Source: Methanocaldococcus indicus (GTDB taxonomy: Archaea; AGJL01; Methanococci; Methanococcales; Methanocaldococcaceae). From it: DNA of 64,000 nucleotides. The number at the start of each line of letters is the position of its first letter. The first letter of the stretch is position 1. Positions 19,900 to 31,269 of this stretch are shown piece after piece. A model generated the notes under the pieces. That model was not told the DNA's origin and made no database searches. It was given only the letters and a program-made list of their open reading frames with translations. A program made the translations under genes and the position numbers. The stretch is from contig NZ_CP186926.1 in assembly GCF_049554935.1 (NCBI RefSeq), positions 480,001 to 544,000 on the forward strand, given 5' to 3'.

Positions 19900-20916
19900 A
19901 TGATAGAGTTCCTACTAAAAAATAAAGAAAATATTTTAAAAAAAATTGATGATATGAAAAATATAAAAGAAGATGTATATAAACATTGGAATGTTGAAGA
20001 ATTTAAATGCAAAGATTTATATTTTGCTGGAGGAGACGGAAGTTACAATAAAATTGACTATATTTCCTTTACTTTTTATGGAGTTGGGGCTATATCTTAT
20101 TTACATAAAGAAAAGATAAATAAAATTAAAGAATTTTTTGAGTTTAATGTGGGAAATCCCTTAGATATTGAAGAAAGATTAAAAATATATATGCAAATAT
20201 TGGAGTTAAAATTGGCATATTATACTTTAAAAAATTATGATATTGACTACTATCTCTATGATGGTTCCTTATTTTCTCTTTTAATTTCAGCTAAAACAGA
20301 ACTCCCCAAAGAGGTTGAAGAAAAATTTAATAAGTATTATGGTGAGATAAACAACAAAATAGATGATGAGATTGAAAAAGGAGATTTTAGTATAGATGAA
20401 GAGCTTTGGGATGTGGAATATCTATGTATTTTAAAGAAATTAGTAGAAGATTATAGAGACAAGTTGGTTGGAATATCAAAAACATCAAAGATAAATATAT
20501 ACTTTGATGAAAAAATTCCAGATATGTCTATATTTGCACATTATACTAATGAGGAGGGATATACTACACCTATAGATTTTTATATGAGATTAGGAGAGGA
20601 AAAGAAAGAAAAGCATAGACAGCTTAGTAGTGTTTTAAGAGGGATTCATTATTTAGAAAAAAACTTTAATATAAAAATAAATAATGCATTTATCCAATTT
20701 GTAAGATTAGAAAAAAATAAATGTATTTTAGGATTAACTTCATTCTCAAAACCAAATAAAGATATACTCTATGGACTCAAAAGAATTAGTGTTAATGGAT
20801 ATCCTTATCTTTTGAAAGTTGCTCATGAAAATGTAGAGATAAATAATAAGAAGATACACTCTTTTGCTAAGATTGTGGGAATTAATGAATTAGAAGCAAG
20901 ATATATGCTAAAATAA
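19900..20916 (+). CDS. nurA: NurA 5'-3' nuclease
   Basis: GGDGS, YDGSL, ISKTS and GYPYLL..AH motifs. Confidence 0.88.
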   Translation: MIEFLLKNKENILKKIDDMKNIKEDVYKHWNVEEFKCKDLYFAGGDGSYNKIDYISFTFYGVGAISYLHKEKINKIKEFFEFNVGNPLDIEERLKIYMQILELKLAYYTLKNYDIDYYLYDGSLFSLLISAKTELPKEVEEKFNKYYGEINNKIDDEIEKGDFSIDEELWDVEYLCILKKLVEDYRDKLVGISKTSKINIYFDEKIPDMSIFAHYTNEEGYTTPIDFYMRLGEEKKEKHRQLSSVLRGIHYLEKNFNIKINNAFIQFVRLEKNKCILGLTSFSKPNKDILYGLKRISVNGYPYLLKVAHENVEINNKKIHSFAKIVGINELEARYMLK

Positions 20917-21039
20917 CTATTTTTAATTTTTTTAATCTTAAGTTTAAAATTACTGATTTAATTTATTAAACAGAAATTTTATTAAATACTTTAAAGTAAA
21001 TTTCTATTGCTACAAAATAAAAAGTTCAATGTGAGAATT

Positions 21040-22467
21040 ATGTTCCATATAGATGAAAAAAGAGTTTTAAAAGAATTTCAAGATAAAGGAAAGGATATAT
21101 TAAAGTTAGAGGAGTTTAATCTACCTAAGGAGAAAGTTTTAAGAGTATCTTTGTGGTTGGAAGGGAAAGATTTAGCTAAAAGAACTGAGAAAGTTAAAAA
21201 AAGAGTAAAGGTAATAAATAAAGAGCCATTTCCAGAGAGAAAGATAGCCAACTATCTAAAAGAGAGAAATTTAAAGGAAATAGAAATTAAAAATCTGAAA
21301 GATGTTTTAAAGAAAGATGAAATAAATGCTGCCTTAGGAGCAATTAAAAGAAAAAATTTGGCTAAAATAGAAAAAGGCAAAATTATTTTTAATAATTTGG
21401 ATTACAAAGATGAAGAGGAAGAAATATTAAAAAGAATTGATGGAAAATATTTGGATGAATTAACCGAGGATGAGAAGAAATATTTAGACATTTTAAGAAA
21501 AAGAAAGTATGTAGATATTGATGAAGAGAAGGAAATTCTTATAGAACTAACTGACAAAGGAAAGGAGATTATAAAAGAGCCTATAGAAATTGAAGAAGAA
21601 ATTAATCAATTAACAAGAGATATTATTATTAGTGGAAAATGGAAAAAAGCACATATTAGAGAGTATAATATAACAGCTCCAACTAAGGAAGTTTATCCTG
21701 CTAAACTTCATCCTATAACAAGATTAATTAGAGAAGTTAAAGAAATTCTTATATCTATGGGTTTTAAAGAGGTTAAAAGTCCTATTGTAGAGAGTGAATT
21801 CTGGAACTTTGATTTATTGTTTGAGCCACAAGACCATCCAGCAAGAGAAATGCAAGACACATTCTTTTTAAAGTATCCTAATGTTGGAGAAATTCCAAAA
21901 AATTTAGTTGAGAAAGTTAAAGATGTTCATTTAAGATGTTGGAGACAGTTTGATGAGGAAATTTCAAAAAGATTAATTTTAAGGACACATACAACAGCAT
22001 CATCTATAAGATATTTGGCATCTCTATCAGATGAGGAAAAAAATAAACCACACAAAGTATTTTGTATTGACAGAGTTTTTAGAAATGAGGCAATAGATTA
22101 TAAACATCTTCCAGAGTTTTATCAATGTGAAGGAATAATAATGGATGAAAATGTTAATTTTAACCATTTGATTGGTGTATTAAAAGAGTTTTTAAATAGA
22201 TTAGGATTTGAAAAAGTTAGATTTAGGCCAGCATATTTCCCATTTACAGAGCCTTCTTTAGAAGCTGAGATATATTTAGAAGGTAAGGGTTGGTTAGAAA
22301 TTTTAGGAGCAGGGATATTTAGAAAGGAAGTTTTAGAGCCATTGGGAATAGATAAACCTGTCTTAGCTTGGGGTATTGGATTTAGTAGGTTGGCTATGCT
22401 TAAATATAATGTGAAAGATATTAGAGTTCTACATAGAAATGATTTATCATGGCTAAGAAGGGTATAA
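21040..22467 (+). CDS. pheS: Phenylalanyl-tRNA synthetase alpha subunit
   Basis: [26 protein letters not shown] and YFPFTEPS motifs. Confidence 0.97.
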   Translation: MFHIDEKRVLKEFQDKGKDILKLEEFNLPKEKVLRVSLWLEGKDLAKRTEKVKKRVKVINKEPFPERKIANYLKERNLKEIEIKNLKDVLKKDEINAALGAIKRKNLAKIEKGKIIFNNLDYKDEEEEILKRIDGKYLDELTEDEKKYLDILRKRKYVDIDEEKEILIELTDKGKEIIKEPIEIEEEINQLTRDIIISGKWKKAHIREYNITAPTKEVYPAKLHPITRLIREVKEILISMGFKEVKSPIVESEFWNFDLLFEPQDHPAREMQDTFFLKYPNVGEIPKNLVEKVKDVHLRCWRQFDEEISKRLILRTHTTASSIRYLASLSDEEKNKPHKVFCIDRVFRNEAIDYKHLPEFYQCEGIIMDENVNFNHLIGVLKEFLNRLGFEKVRFRPAYFPFTEPSLEAEIYLEGKGWLEILGAGIFRKEVLEPLGIDKPVLAWGIGFSRLAMLKYNVKDIRVLHRNDLSWLRRV

Positions 22468-22468
22468 T

Positions 22469-23050
22469 ATGAAAAAATTTTTTATCTGCTTTTTAATAAT
22501 TTTTTTACTAATTTGTGGATGTATTGATAACAATTCAAAAGATATAGATAAAAATAACAAAAATAATGTAAATAATAGTTCTCTAAATGAGAGTATTATC
22601 ACGAAAAATCTCAATAAATCTATATTAAATACTACAAGTAAAACTACAAATATAACAGAAATAAAAAGAAATGTTAAAAAAATTAATCTTGAAAATATAA
22701 ACTTGAATGTGTCTATTGATAGGTTGTTTTTAAATTTGAATTATAGTAACACAATAATTGGAAATAATATTATTGTAAAGAAATATAAGAATATAAGTTT
22801 TGTTGTTAGTATGTATCCAATAAATTTAAGAGATGCATATAAATTTAATAATGTTAAGGAATATCCTCAACAAGATATTTATGGAAAATATTACTACTAT
22901 GAATTTTATTCTTTATCAAACTCCCAAGTAAGTTATTGTTATTATAGAAAGGTTGGGAATTATTATATTATCTTACAAGGATACAATAAAAAAGAGTTAT
23001 CAAAATTCTGGGATGATTGGATTAACTACCTTGCAAATCTTAAAAAATAA
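22469..23050 (+). CDS. Putative lipoprotein
   Basis: Lipobox LICGC followed by an Asn/Thr-rich linker. Confidence 0.7.
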   Translation: MKKFFICFLIIFLLICGCIDNNSKDIDKNNKNNVNNSSLNESIITKNLNKSILNTTSKTTNITEIKRNVKKINLENINLNVSIDRLFLNLNYSNTIIGNNIIVKKYKNISFVVSMYPINLRDAYKFNNVKEYPQQDIYGKYYYYEFYSLSNSQVSYCYYRKVGNYYIILQGYNKKELSKFWDDWINYLANLKK

Positions 23051-23052
23051 AA

Positions 23053-23829
23053 TTAACTTTTTTGAACATAAGTTAAAAATTTATCCAATAACTCTAAACC
23101 TCCTCCATAATTTACAGCTCTTGGATGGATGGATAAACAAAATAAATTTTTTGTTTTGTTGTAGTCATTAATAGCTTCTTTTAATTTGATATCTACCATA
23201 TTTTTAGGTAGATACCAAGTGTATTCTTTGTTTGTTATAGGAATTTCTATTATTGTATTGTTATATTTAGTTATAATCTTATTCCCAACAATTATAGTAA
23301 AATTGTCATTTATAAAAACATTTTCTGCTTCCTTAGATAGTGCATATCTTGGAGGAATAAAATAATCTATATTTTTAGGATTAAATCCACAATCTTTAAA
23401 TATTTTTAATGATTTCTTAAGCTTTTCTTCAGCAGTTTCTTTATTACAATTAAATTCTTTGCCAATATGGTTATATCCATGATACTCAATATGATATCCT
23501 TCTTTTTCTAATTCATGCAAATACTTAACAAACTTAGAATATTTCTCTAAGTTATATTCATTAGCATGATTGACAATAACAAATAAATATGTTCTATCCT
23601 GAAAATTATGATTATCAATAATTTTAACAATATCTTTTAAATCTTGATAATATTTGGGACTAACATCATGAACTAATATAACAAAACTTTTATTTGTTGT
23701 ATTGTTTTGTATATATCCATATATATAGTCATACAAATAATCAGTTTTATTATATTGGGAACTACCTAATGTTAAAATAACAAATGCAAAAAATACTATT
23801 AAAACAAAAAATAAAAGTTTAGTTTTCAT
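23053..23829 (-). CDS. Exported polysaccharide deacetylase-like protein (DUF2334)
   Basis: N-terminal TM, VHDVSP, HGYNH, FIPP.Y and SIHP motifs. Confidence 0.8.
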   Translation of the reverse strand: MKTKLLFFVLIVFFAFVILTLGSSQYNKTDYLYDYIYGYIQNNTTNKSFVILVHDVSPKYYQDLKDIVKIIDNHNFQDRTYLFVIVNHANEYNLEKYSKFVKYLHELEKEGYHIEYHGYNHIGKEFNCNKETAEEKLKKSLKIFKDCGFNPKNIDYFIPPRYALSKEAENVFINDNFTIIVGNKIITKYNNTIIEIPITNKEYTWYLPKNMVDIKLKEAINDYNKTKNLFCLSIHPRAVNYGGGLELLDKFLTYVQKS

Positions 23830-23832
23830 AGT

Positions 23833-24213
23833 CTATTCTTTCTTTTTTTCAATTTCTTTTTTAAATTTCTCAAAGAGTTTAACAATTTTTTCATCTTTCT
23901 TTATAGTTTTTGGTTTTTTAGAAAGATATTTTTTCCACCCTTCTCTTGGTCTAAATAAAGTAATTACATGTCCTACTAAACTTACAACTTCTGAGTCTGT
24001 CTCTTTTGCTAATTTCTCAGCAATATCTTTTTTATCTTCATACATTAATGCTGTTTTTCTTATCTTAACTTTTATTAAACCTTTTGCAGATAACTGTCTA
24101 TCCACTTCTTTAATAACTTTACTACTACCTTCTTTTCCTATCCAAACTACTGGCTCTAAATTATGGGCTTTTGCTCTTAACACTTTTTTCATTTTTCCTG
24201 TTAATCTTACCAT
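23833..24213 (-). CDS. YhbY/CRM RNA-binding protein
   Basis: LR..AH.L.PVV.IGK.G, LIKVKI and VG.VITLFR motifs. Confidence 0.9.
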   Translation of the reverse strand: MVRLTGKMKKVLRAKAHNLEPVVWIGKEGSSKVIKEVDRQLSAKGLIKVKIRKTALMYEDKKDIAEKLAKETDSEVVSLVGHVITLFRPREGWKKYLSKKPKTIKKDEKIVKLFEKFKKEIEKKKE

Positions 24214-24285
24214 ATCTAACAACCTATCAAAATTTTTAAATGAAAATTATTAAATTATTATTTAATTTAAATAATGCTAACTACT

Positions 24286-25902
24286 TTAAAAAGATATATC
24301 CACTATTTTATTATCTTTTACTAAACCTTTGTCAGTTATTTTCAATTGAGGAATAACTGAGAGAGTGAAAAAACTCATCTTTAAAAAAGGATTTTCAAAT
24401 TTAACATAATCTTTAACTATTTTATTCATCTCTTCTAAATCTTTTGATATATCCTTATCTGCCATAATGCCTGCTATTGGCATTTTAACGTATTTTAAAA
24501 TCTTTCCATCTCTTACAGCTATAAATCCTCCTCCAATATCTTTTAAAGTATTAACAGCTAAAACAATATCTTTATTGTTGTTTCCTATAACAACTATATT
24601 ATGTGTGTCATGAGCATAGGAAGATGCTAAAACAATATCTTCCAAAAAATTGTATATAAATCCTTTTCCAATATTTCCAGTATTTTTATGTCTCTCAACA
24701 ACAAAGATTTTATTTATTTTATAGTTATCCAAGTATTTATTAATTTTGTCTTTTTTAATTATTTTTTCTTTTGTTATTAAGCTGTCTTCAATTGGTTCAA
24801 TAACTCTAACATTATCTTTTTTTAGCTCTATGTTAAAATCATCTTCTTTTTTATAAGTAAAGTTCATAGTATTTTTAAACTTTGTAGGAATAGCATTAAC
24901 TTTTTTGTTTTTTAAAAGTTCTGATAAATTTTTACCTTTAATAAATATCTCCTTAATTTTGAAGTTTTCTAAGTCCTCAAATATTATAAAATCAGAATAG
25001 TTTCCTGGTTTTATTCCTGTCTCTAATTTAAAGTATTCTGCTGGATTTATAGTAACCATCTGTATAGCTTCAATTGGGGATATATATTTTAAAGCTTTTT
25101 TTAATATATTTAGCATGTATCCTTTTTTTAATTCTTCAATTGAGATATCATCACTTACTAACATTATGTTTCTTTTATCTTTAATTTTTTTGCATATATT
25201 CAATAAATATATATTTTTTGCAACTGTTCCCTCTCTAACCATTAGTTTTAATCCTAATCTTATTTTTTCTAATGCTTCCTCTTCCTCAACACACTCATGG
25301 TCTGATTGTATTCCTTTCTCAATATATTTATTTAATTCTTCTCCTCTTAAAAGAGGACAATGTCCATCAACTAACTTATTGTATTTTTTAGCAACCTCTA
25401 TCTTTTTTAAAATTTCCTCATCTTCATTTATAACTTCAATATAGTTCATTACTTCTCCTAATCCTAAGACATTTTTATAGTAGATAAGTTCTTCAATATC
25501 CTTGTATGTTATTTCTGCTCCAGAAGTTTCTAAATCTGTTGGAGGCACACAGGAAGGTAGCATTACATAAACTTCTAAAATATTTGAATTATTTAACATA
25601 AATTTAATTCCATCCTTTCCTAAAACATTAGCTATCTCATGTGGGTCAATAACTACCTTAGAAACTCCTGATTTTAAAGCATAATTTTCAAAAATGGATG
25701 GAATTAAATGAGATGACTCAATATGTATATGTGCATCTATAAATGTTGGAGATAAATAACATTTATCTAAATTATAAACTTTTCCTTTCTCAACTTTACA
25801 ATCAAAATCAACAACTCTAATTTTTTCATCAAAAACAACATTAGCTCTAACAATTTCTCCTGTATAGACATCAACAACCTTTATATCTTTTAGAGTTATC
25901 AT
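24286..25902 (-). CDS. ade: Adenine deaminase
   Basis: [30 protein letters not shown] and AHD.HN motifs. Confidence 0.93.
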   Translation of the reverse strand: MITLKDIKVVDVYTGEIVRANVVFDEKIRVVDFDCKVEKGKVYNLDKCYLSPTFIDAHIHIESSHLIPSIFENYALKSGVSKVVIDPHEIANVLGKDGIKFMLNNSNILEVYVMLPSCVPPTDLETSGAEITYKDIEELIYYKNVLGLGEVMNYIEVINEDEEILKKIEVAKKYNKLVDGHCPLLRGEELNKYIEKGIQSDHECVEEEEALEKIRLGLKLMVREGTVAKNIYLLNICKKIKDKRNIMLVSDDISIEELKKGYMLNILKKALKYISPIEAIQMVTINPAEYFKLETGIKPGNYSDFIIFEDLENFKIKEIFIKGKNLSELLKNKKVNAIPTKFKNTMNFTYKKEDDFNIELKKDNVRVIEPIEDSLITKEKIIKKDKINKYLDNYKINKIFVVERHKNTGNIGKGFIYNFLEDIVLASSYAHDTHNIVVIGNNNKDIVLAVNTLKDIGGGFIAVRDGKILKYVKMPIAGIMADKDISKDLEEMNKIVKDYVKFENPFLKMSFFTLSVIPQLKITDKGLVKDNKIVDISF

Positions 25903-25941
25903 ATTCACTCACAATTTATAAAAAAATTTTTGAGGATGATT

Positions 25942-26442
25942 ATGATAAGCTTAGCAACTGCTGAATGCTTCACACATGGAAAAATTGGGATAACAATACA
26001 TAAAGCAGCCTCAGGATATGAAGATTTTGAATATAAATATTTATTTACAAATGAAGATTTAGAGAGAGTCAGAAAGGTTAGAGTTCTATGCTCTATGTTT
26101 GTCCCTTCTTTATATGCTATTAAAACCTTATTAAATATAAATCTACCTGAACCAGATTATCAATACAGATATGCAAAAGCTTATAGTGAGAAAAATGATT
26201 TAATTGTTGCTGAAAGAGTAGCTAATGCATTAAAAAATAAATTGAATGTAGATATTGCTGTTGGAACAACTGCAGGAGTTGGTAGAGGAGCAATATGCAT
26301 AGTAACAAATAAAAATAAATATCTTTTCACAACTGATATATATGCAAATCTAATAACATTTGAAAATATAAAAGAAAGACAAAAAAATGGAATTGAAAAA
26401 GGCATTAAAAAAATTTTGGAGATATTAAAAGAGGAATTTTAA
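25942..26442 (+). CDS. hcgF: FeGP cofactor biosynthesis protein HcgF (UPF0254)
   Basis: ATAECFTHGKIG and GTTAGVGRG motifs. Confidence 0.85.
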   Translation: MISLATAECFTHGKIGITIHKAASGYEDFEYKYLFTNEDLERVRKVRVLCSMFVPSLYAIKTLLNINLPEPDYQYRYAKAYSEKNDLIVAERVANALKNKLNVDIAVGTTAGVGRGAICIVTNKNKYLFTTDIYANLITFENIKERQKNGIEKGIKKILEILKEEF

Positions 26443-26598
26443 TTTTTTTATTTTTTAATAGTAATACCAAATTTTTTGATTCATAAATATTTTTTAGACA
26501 TAAATAGTAAAGTATTTATTATACTTTCACCTTTTAAGAAATAGAATTTAAATTTTAAGGAGAATTTCCTATAACAATTTACCAAATAAGGTGAAAAT

Positions 26599-27351
26599 TT
26601 GAAAGCATTTAATTTTTTATTAAAAGATATTGATAGAGGAATAACCTTAGTGTTGGATAAAGGTTTGCCTTTGAAGTTTGTTGAAGATTATTTAAAAGTT
26701 TGTGGAGAATATATAGATTTTATAAAATTTGGTTGGGGAACATCAGCAGTAGTTGATAGAGAGCTAATAAAAAATAAGATAAAAATTTATCAAGATTGGG
26801 ACATTAAAGTTTATCCAGGAGGAACATTGTTTGAATATGCATATGTAAATAAAAAATTTAGAGAGTTTTTAGAGGAGTGTAAAGATTTGGGATTTGATGC
26901 TGTTGAAATTTCTGATGGTTCTATAAATCTAAGTTTAGAAGATAGAAAAGAATGTATTACAAAATCTAAGGAAGAAGGATTTTTAGTTTTAAGTGAAGTA
27001 GGAAAAAAACTTCCAGAAAAAGACAAAGAACTAACAATAAAGGATAGAGTAAATCTTATAAATTATGACTTAGATTGTGGTGTAAATTATGTTATTATTG
27101 AAGGAAGAGAAAGTGGTAAAAATATTGGTATATATGATAAAGATGGAAAATTAAAAGTTGATGAACTTGAATACTTAGCTAATAATGTAGATATAAAAAA
27201 GGTTATATTTGAAGCACCTAATAAAAATCAACAAGCCTCATTAATATTAAAGTTTGGTAGTTCTGTAAATCTTGGTAATATTGCTTATGATGAAGTTATT
27301 AGCTTAGAGACATTAAGAAGAGGTCTAAGAGGAGATACTTTTGGAATATAA
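26599..27351 (+). CDS. comA: Phosphosulfolactate synthase (coenzyme M biosynthesis)
   Basis: LDKGL, KFGWGT, EISDG, EVGKK and LE.LR.GLRGDT motifs. Confidence 0.95.
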   Translation: MKAFNFLLKDIDRGITLVLDKGLPLKFVEDYLKVCGEYIDFIKFGWGTSAVVDRELIKNKIKIYQDWDIKVYPGGTLFEYAYVNKKFREFLEECKDLGFDAVEISDGSINLSLEDRKECITKSKEEGFLVLSEVGKKLPEKDKELTIKDRVNLINYDLDCGVNYVIIEGRESGKNIGIYDKDGKLKVDELEYLANNVDIKKVIFEAPNKNQQASLILKFGSSVNLGNIAYDEVISLETLRRGLRGDTFGI

Positions 27352-27850
27352 AGGAAGCTATTTTATTTATAAAGGACTAAAAGATAGTGGAATAACTTTT
27401 ATCTCTGGAGTTCCCTGTGCAAATCTAAAACATCTTATTAAATACTTGGAAGAAGATAAAGAAATAAAATATATTCCAGCAACAAGAGAAGAGGAAGCTT
27501 TTGGAATATTAACAGGAGCATATTTAGCTGGAAAAAAAACAGCAATAATTATGCAAAATTCAGGTTTAGGAAATAGTATAAATGCTCTTGCCTCTTTATA
27601 TAAAACTTATCAAATACCTACATTAATAATTATAAGTCATAGAGGTCTTTTAAAAGAGCAAATTCCTGCTCAGATTCCTATGGGTTTATGGACAGAGAAA
27701 ATTTTAGATATCTGTGGAATTCCATATTTTAAACCAAAAAATCCAGAAGAAGCTCACAAAATAATTAAATATTCTGCAGATTATATGGAAAAACTATCTT
27801 ATCCTGTTGCTTTGTTGTTTGATGCTCTATATTGGGAGTATGATAAATAA
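27341..27850 (+). CDS. comD: Sulfopyruvate decarboxylase alpha subunit
   Basis: GVPC, TREEEA.G, MQNSGLGN and EQIPAQ motifs. Confidence 0.93.
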   Translation: MEYKGSYFIYKGLKDSGITFISGVPCANLKHLIKYLEEDKEIKYIPATREEEAFGILTGAYLAGKKTAIIMQNSGLGNSINALASLYKTYQIPTLIIISHRGLLKEQIPAQIPMGLWTEKILDICGIPYFKPKNPEEAHKIIKYSADYMEKLSYPVALLFDALYWEYDK

Positions 27851-27857
27851 AAATTTT

Positions 27858-28622
27858 TTATTTTAGTTTAAACAAGTTTATAGCATTTAAATAAGATACT
27901 TTATCAATAACCTCTTTTTCTATATTATTTAATTTCAATTTTAATACAGTCCTTGGCACAGCTAAAACATCTGAAAAGTTTGAAGATGTATCACTATTTA
28001 ATAGTATTTTATCTGAAAAATCTTTATACTCTTTTATTATTTCAACAGCTTCTATATGTGTTAATTTTCCTGGCTGAACTGTTAAACCTGCATAAAAGTT
28101 GTTATCTAACACTTCTTTAACAGTATTTTTATTACAGTGGTCTATAACAATTGGAATATTTGTATCTATGGTATTTATCTCTTCTAAGATTAATTTTGTT
28201 ATTTCCTCTTTATTGCTTCTTGGAGTATGAACTATTGCTGGATAGCCTAAATTATTAGCCAACTCTAACTGTTTAATAAAAGTTTCTTTTTCTCTTTTAT
28301 CTCCTTTCTCTAAACCAATTTCACCAATAGCTACAACTCTATCCTCTTTAACAAAATTTTTTATATATTCTAAGGCTTTATCAACATCTGGAGGAATAGC
28401 TCTTGGATGTATTCCTACACCAATATATACATTTAATCCTATTTTTTTTCCTCTTTTAATTTCATTAAATACTTTTTCTATATGAGTAATCCAAACATCC
28501 AAAGTTTTCATTTCAAAGGGGTCATGAGCTAATGTAATAACACAATCTAATGTTAAAGCCATCAACTCTAAATCTTCCATCCCTCTTGTATCTATATGTG
28601 TGTGGGTATCTATCATATCCAT
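27858..28622 (-). CDS. TatD-family metal-dependent hydrolase
   Basis: DTHTH, GIHP, GEIGL, VHTP, DH and NSD motifs. Confidence 0.88.
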   Translation of the reverse strand: MDMIDTHTHIDTRGMEDLELMALTLDCVITLAHDPFEMKTLDVWITHIEKVFNEIKRGKKIGLNVYIGVGIHPRAIPPDVDKALEYIKNFVKEDRVVAIGEIGLEKGDKREKETFIKQLELANNLGYPAIVHTPRSNKEEITKLILEEINTIDTNIPIVIDHCNKNTVKEVLDNNFYAGLTVQPGKLTHIEAVEIIKEYKDFSDKILLNSDTSSNFSDVLAVPRTVLKLKLNNIEKEVIDKVSYLNAINLFKLK

Positions 28623-28625
28623 CCC

Positions 28626-29027
28626 TTAAAATACATATATTGGAATATCCTTTATTTTTATTATCTCATAGTCATCAGGTAGTTCTTCAGCTAAATTAAG
28701 ATATTCCTTATTTGCTACATCATTGATAATCTTACTCAATATATATCTAATATTTTCATCATCAACATAAATATTTACCTTTAATTTATGTCTTCTTCCC
28801 ATTCTTGCCAAATCTCTTAATAAAAGTTTTAGTTCAGTTATAATAGATAGAAGTTTTTTAGCTTTTTCTAAATTTTCCTCTTTCCCAACTAATACCATAT
28901 ATTTTGTATTATTTATTTCATCTTCTTTCACATCAAACCTAACATTACACATCTCTACTACTCTTGCTATAACACTTTCAGGAATTCCTGGGGGAATGAT
29001 TAGTTCCTTATCATCTAAATCATACAT
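28626..29027 (-). CDS. Conserved hypothetical protein overlapping mmp7
   Basis: 133-aa ORF with an IPPGIPE motif. Its start overlaps the mmp7 stop. Confidence 0.7.
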   Translation of the reverse strand: MYDLDDKELIIPPGIPESVIARVVEMCNVRFDVKEDEINNTKYMVLVGKEENLEKAKKLLSIITELKLLLRDLARMGRRHKLKVNIYVDDENIRYILSKIINDVANKEYLNLAEELPDDYEIIKIKDIPIYVF

Positions 29028-29940
29028 TTTTATGTTCTCTCTCATATTCAACCTCTGATTTTGGCTTTATCTTTATAAGAATATAGTTTTTCATTTCACT
29101 TCTTCTTATATCTGCAATATCCTTTAAAAGATAATTTTTAATTTTTACATTTTCAATTTTATCTTTATATCTATCATAATCTAACTTAACTCTTAAACCA
29201 TCTAACTGTGTAACTATAGGCATTGGAGATAGAATATTAAAAACATCCTCAACTTGTTTCTCTATCTCATCCTTAACAACAACAGGGGGAACTACTGGAG
29301 GGTCATAAGATAACTCTCTCCTTTTTTTGTTTATAAGTTCTGTTATCTTATCAACCATATTTTTTAAAGCTCTCCTTTCATCACCATGTCTCAATCTGTG
29401 GCTTCTTCTTCCCAAATTTCCAACATAAGTATATGGAATATCTAAACTCTCTGGCCCTCCTGTTACAACTACTGGAACTTCTACATCAAAAAGATGTGTC
29501 TTATTTTTTATACAGTCCTCAAAGTTTCCCATAACATAAACAGCTAAATCATGCTCTTCAATTAATCTCTTTTCTTTTTCTCTTAATTGAGATATATCCC
29601 TCCCCACTCCTCTTGCTAATCCTATCATATTACTTTTAGCTCCAAATCTTCTTAAATATTCTGCTATATCACAAGCTGTGTGTGGAAGATGATGCCTTGA
29701 TAAACTTGGTGCTACAACAGCAATCTCAGTCCCAGCCAAGGGAGTCTCAATAACTTTACCTTTATATTTTTTAGCTTCTTTTTTTAGATTTTCAATTTCA
29801 TTTTGAGGAATTGCTAATGTCATATAAACATCTAACTGCATAACATGCTCTTGTAAAACAAATCCACCAATATCTTCAATCCACTCTTTAAAAATATTAT
29901 TTTTATAAACTCCTCCTTCATATCTAACTATCTCATACAT
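29020..29940 (-). CDS. mmp7: Methanogenesis marker protein 7
   Basis: GGVYK, HHLPH.ACDIAEYLRR.G, GLARG.G and GNF..C motifs. Confidence 0.88.
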   Translation of the reverse strand: MYEIVRYEGGVYKNNIFKEWIEDIGGFVLQEHVMQLDVYMTLAIPQNEIENLKKEAKKYKGKVIETPLAGTEIAVVAPSLSRHHLPHTACDIAEYLRRFGAKSNMIGLARGVGRDISQLREKEKRLIEEHDLAVYVMGNFEDCIKNKTHLFDVEVPVVVTGGPESLDIPYTYVGNLGRRSHRLRHGDERRALKNMVDKITELINKKRRELSYDPPVVPPVVVKDEIEKQVEDVFNILSPMPIVTQLDGLRVKLDYDRYKDKIENVKIKNYLLKDIADIRRSEMKNYILIKIKPKSEVEYEREHKNV

Positions 29941-29943
29941 AAG

Positions 29944-30699
29944 TTATCCCTCCAATTTTTTAGGTGGTTCTCTTTTATGCTTATTTTTCTCTATTAGGTT
30001 AAAAACATGTTCAACCTTCTCCTTAGAAATGTTAAGCTCTTCAACAATTTCATTAATTCCTTTTCCACTTTCATATAACTCTAATATTTTATCTAATTCA
30101 TCATAACTAATTCCAAGTTCTTCCTCATCAGTCTGTCCTTCCCATAATCCAGCAGAAGGTTTTTTATTTATTATCTCCTCAGGAACTCCTAATTTTTTGG
30201 CTAATTCCCTAACTTCTGTTTTAAATAAATGGGCTATAGGCATAAAGTCACATCCTAAATCTCCATATTTTGTTCCATAACCAACATAACACTCAGATTT
30301 ATTGGCAGTTCCAACAACCAAATAGTTGTATTTATTTGCATAGTAGTAGAGAATACACATTCTAACTCTTGCTTTTAAATTACCATCAGCTATTTTATCA
30401 AACTCTTTAGTTGGAACATAACCTCCTGCTCCAAAAGCTTTTAAGACATCTGTTATATCTGCTATTATATACTTAATTTCTAACATTTCAGCTACTTTTT
30501 TAGCATGCTCTATATCCTCTTTTTTAGTATCTCTTTCAGGCATTATTATACCTAAAACTCTATCTTTTCCAAGAGCTTTAACACATAAAAAAGCTGTTGT
30601 TGAACTATCTATACCCCCACTCAATCCTATAACAACTCCTTTTGCCTTTGCTTCTTCAACAACATCCTTTATAAATTTAATTATTTTGTCTATGTCCAT
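29944..30699 (-). CDS. nadE: NH3-dependent NAD+ synthetase
   Basis: GLSGGIDS, N.KAR.RM, GY.TKYGD and PSAGLW.GQTDE motifs. Confidence 0.96.
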   Translation of the reverse strand: MDIDKIIKFIKDVVEEAKAKGVVIGLSGGIDSSTTAFLCVKALGKDRVLGIIMPERDTKKEDIEHAKKVAEMLEIKYIIADITDVLKAFGAGGYVPTKEFDKIADGNLKARVRMCILYYYANKYNYLVVGTANKSECYVGYGTKYGDLGCDFMPIAHLFKTEVRELAKKLGVPEEIINKKPSAGLWEGQTDEEELGISYDELDKILELYESGKGINEIVEELNISKEKVEHVFNLIEKNKHKREPPKKLEG

Positions 30700-30711
30700 A
30701 TCAATCACAAA

Positions 30712-31173
30712 TCATTTTCTATTTATTATTAAAACTGGCTTTGATGTATTTTTAATTACATGCTCTGTTACTGAACCCATTAATATTTCTTTTAAATTTG
30801 TCTCTCCATGAGAACCCATAATAATTATATCAACATCTTCATTTTCAGCAATTTCTACAATCTTACTATGAGGAGAACCTACCACAATAATGCCTTTAAC
30901 ATTATAACCCAACTCTTCCAATTTAGATTTAATGTCATCTAACTTCTCTTTTGCTTCATTAATTAATTTATTTTCTATATCTTTTTCCAACTCTTCCTTA
31001 GATTTTAAAATAAATCCCAACAGCATAGATAATAAACTTTTCTTTTTCTTTTCTTCAACAACATGTAAAAGAACTACTTCTTCTCCACCTAATTCTCTAA
31101 AAGCTTCTAAATGAGGAATAACTAATTCAGCTGTCTCAGAGAAATCAGTTGGATACAAAATTTTTTTATACAT
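30712..31173 (-). CDS. Universal stress protein
   Basis: ILYPTDFS and MGSHG...ILMGSVT motifs. Confidence 0.93.
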   Translation of the reverse strand: MYKKILYPTDFSETAELVIPHLEAFRELGGEEVVLLHVVEEKKKKSLLSMLLGFILKSKEELEKDIENKLINEAKEKLDDIKSKLEELGYNVKGIIVVGSPHSKIVEIAENEDVDIIIMGSHGETNLKEILMGSVTEHVIKNTSKPVLIINRK

Positions 31174-31269
31174 TTACACTCCTCCAATAAATTTATTAAT
31201 TATTAAATATTACAATCATTTTAATTTATTATGTTGTTTGTAAAACTTAAAACTTTTGATGTGAAATTT

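Noticed and set aside
26558-26570. AGGAGAATTTCCT upstream of comA as an NrpR site
   Set aside because: The spacing does not fit GGAA-N6-TTCC.
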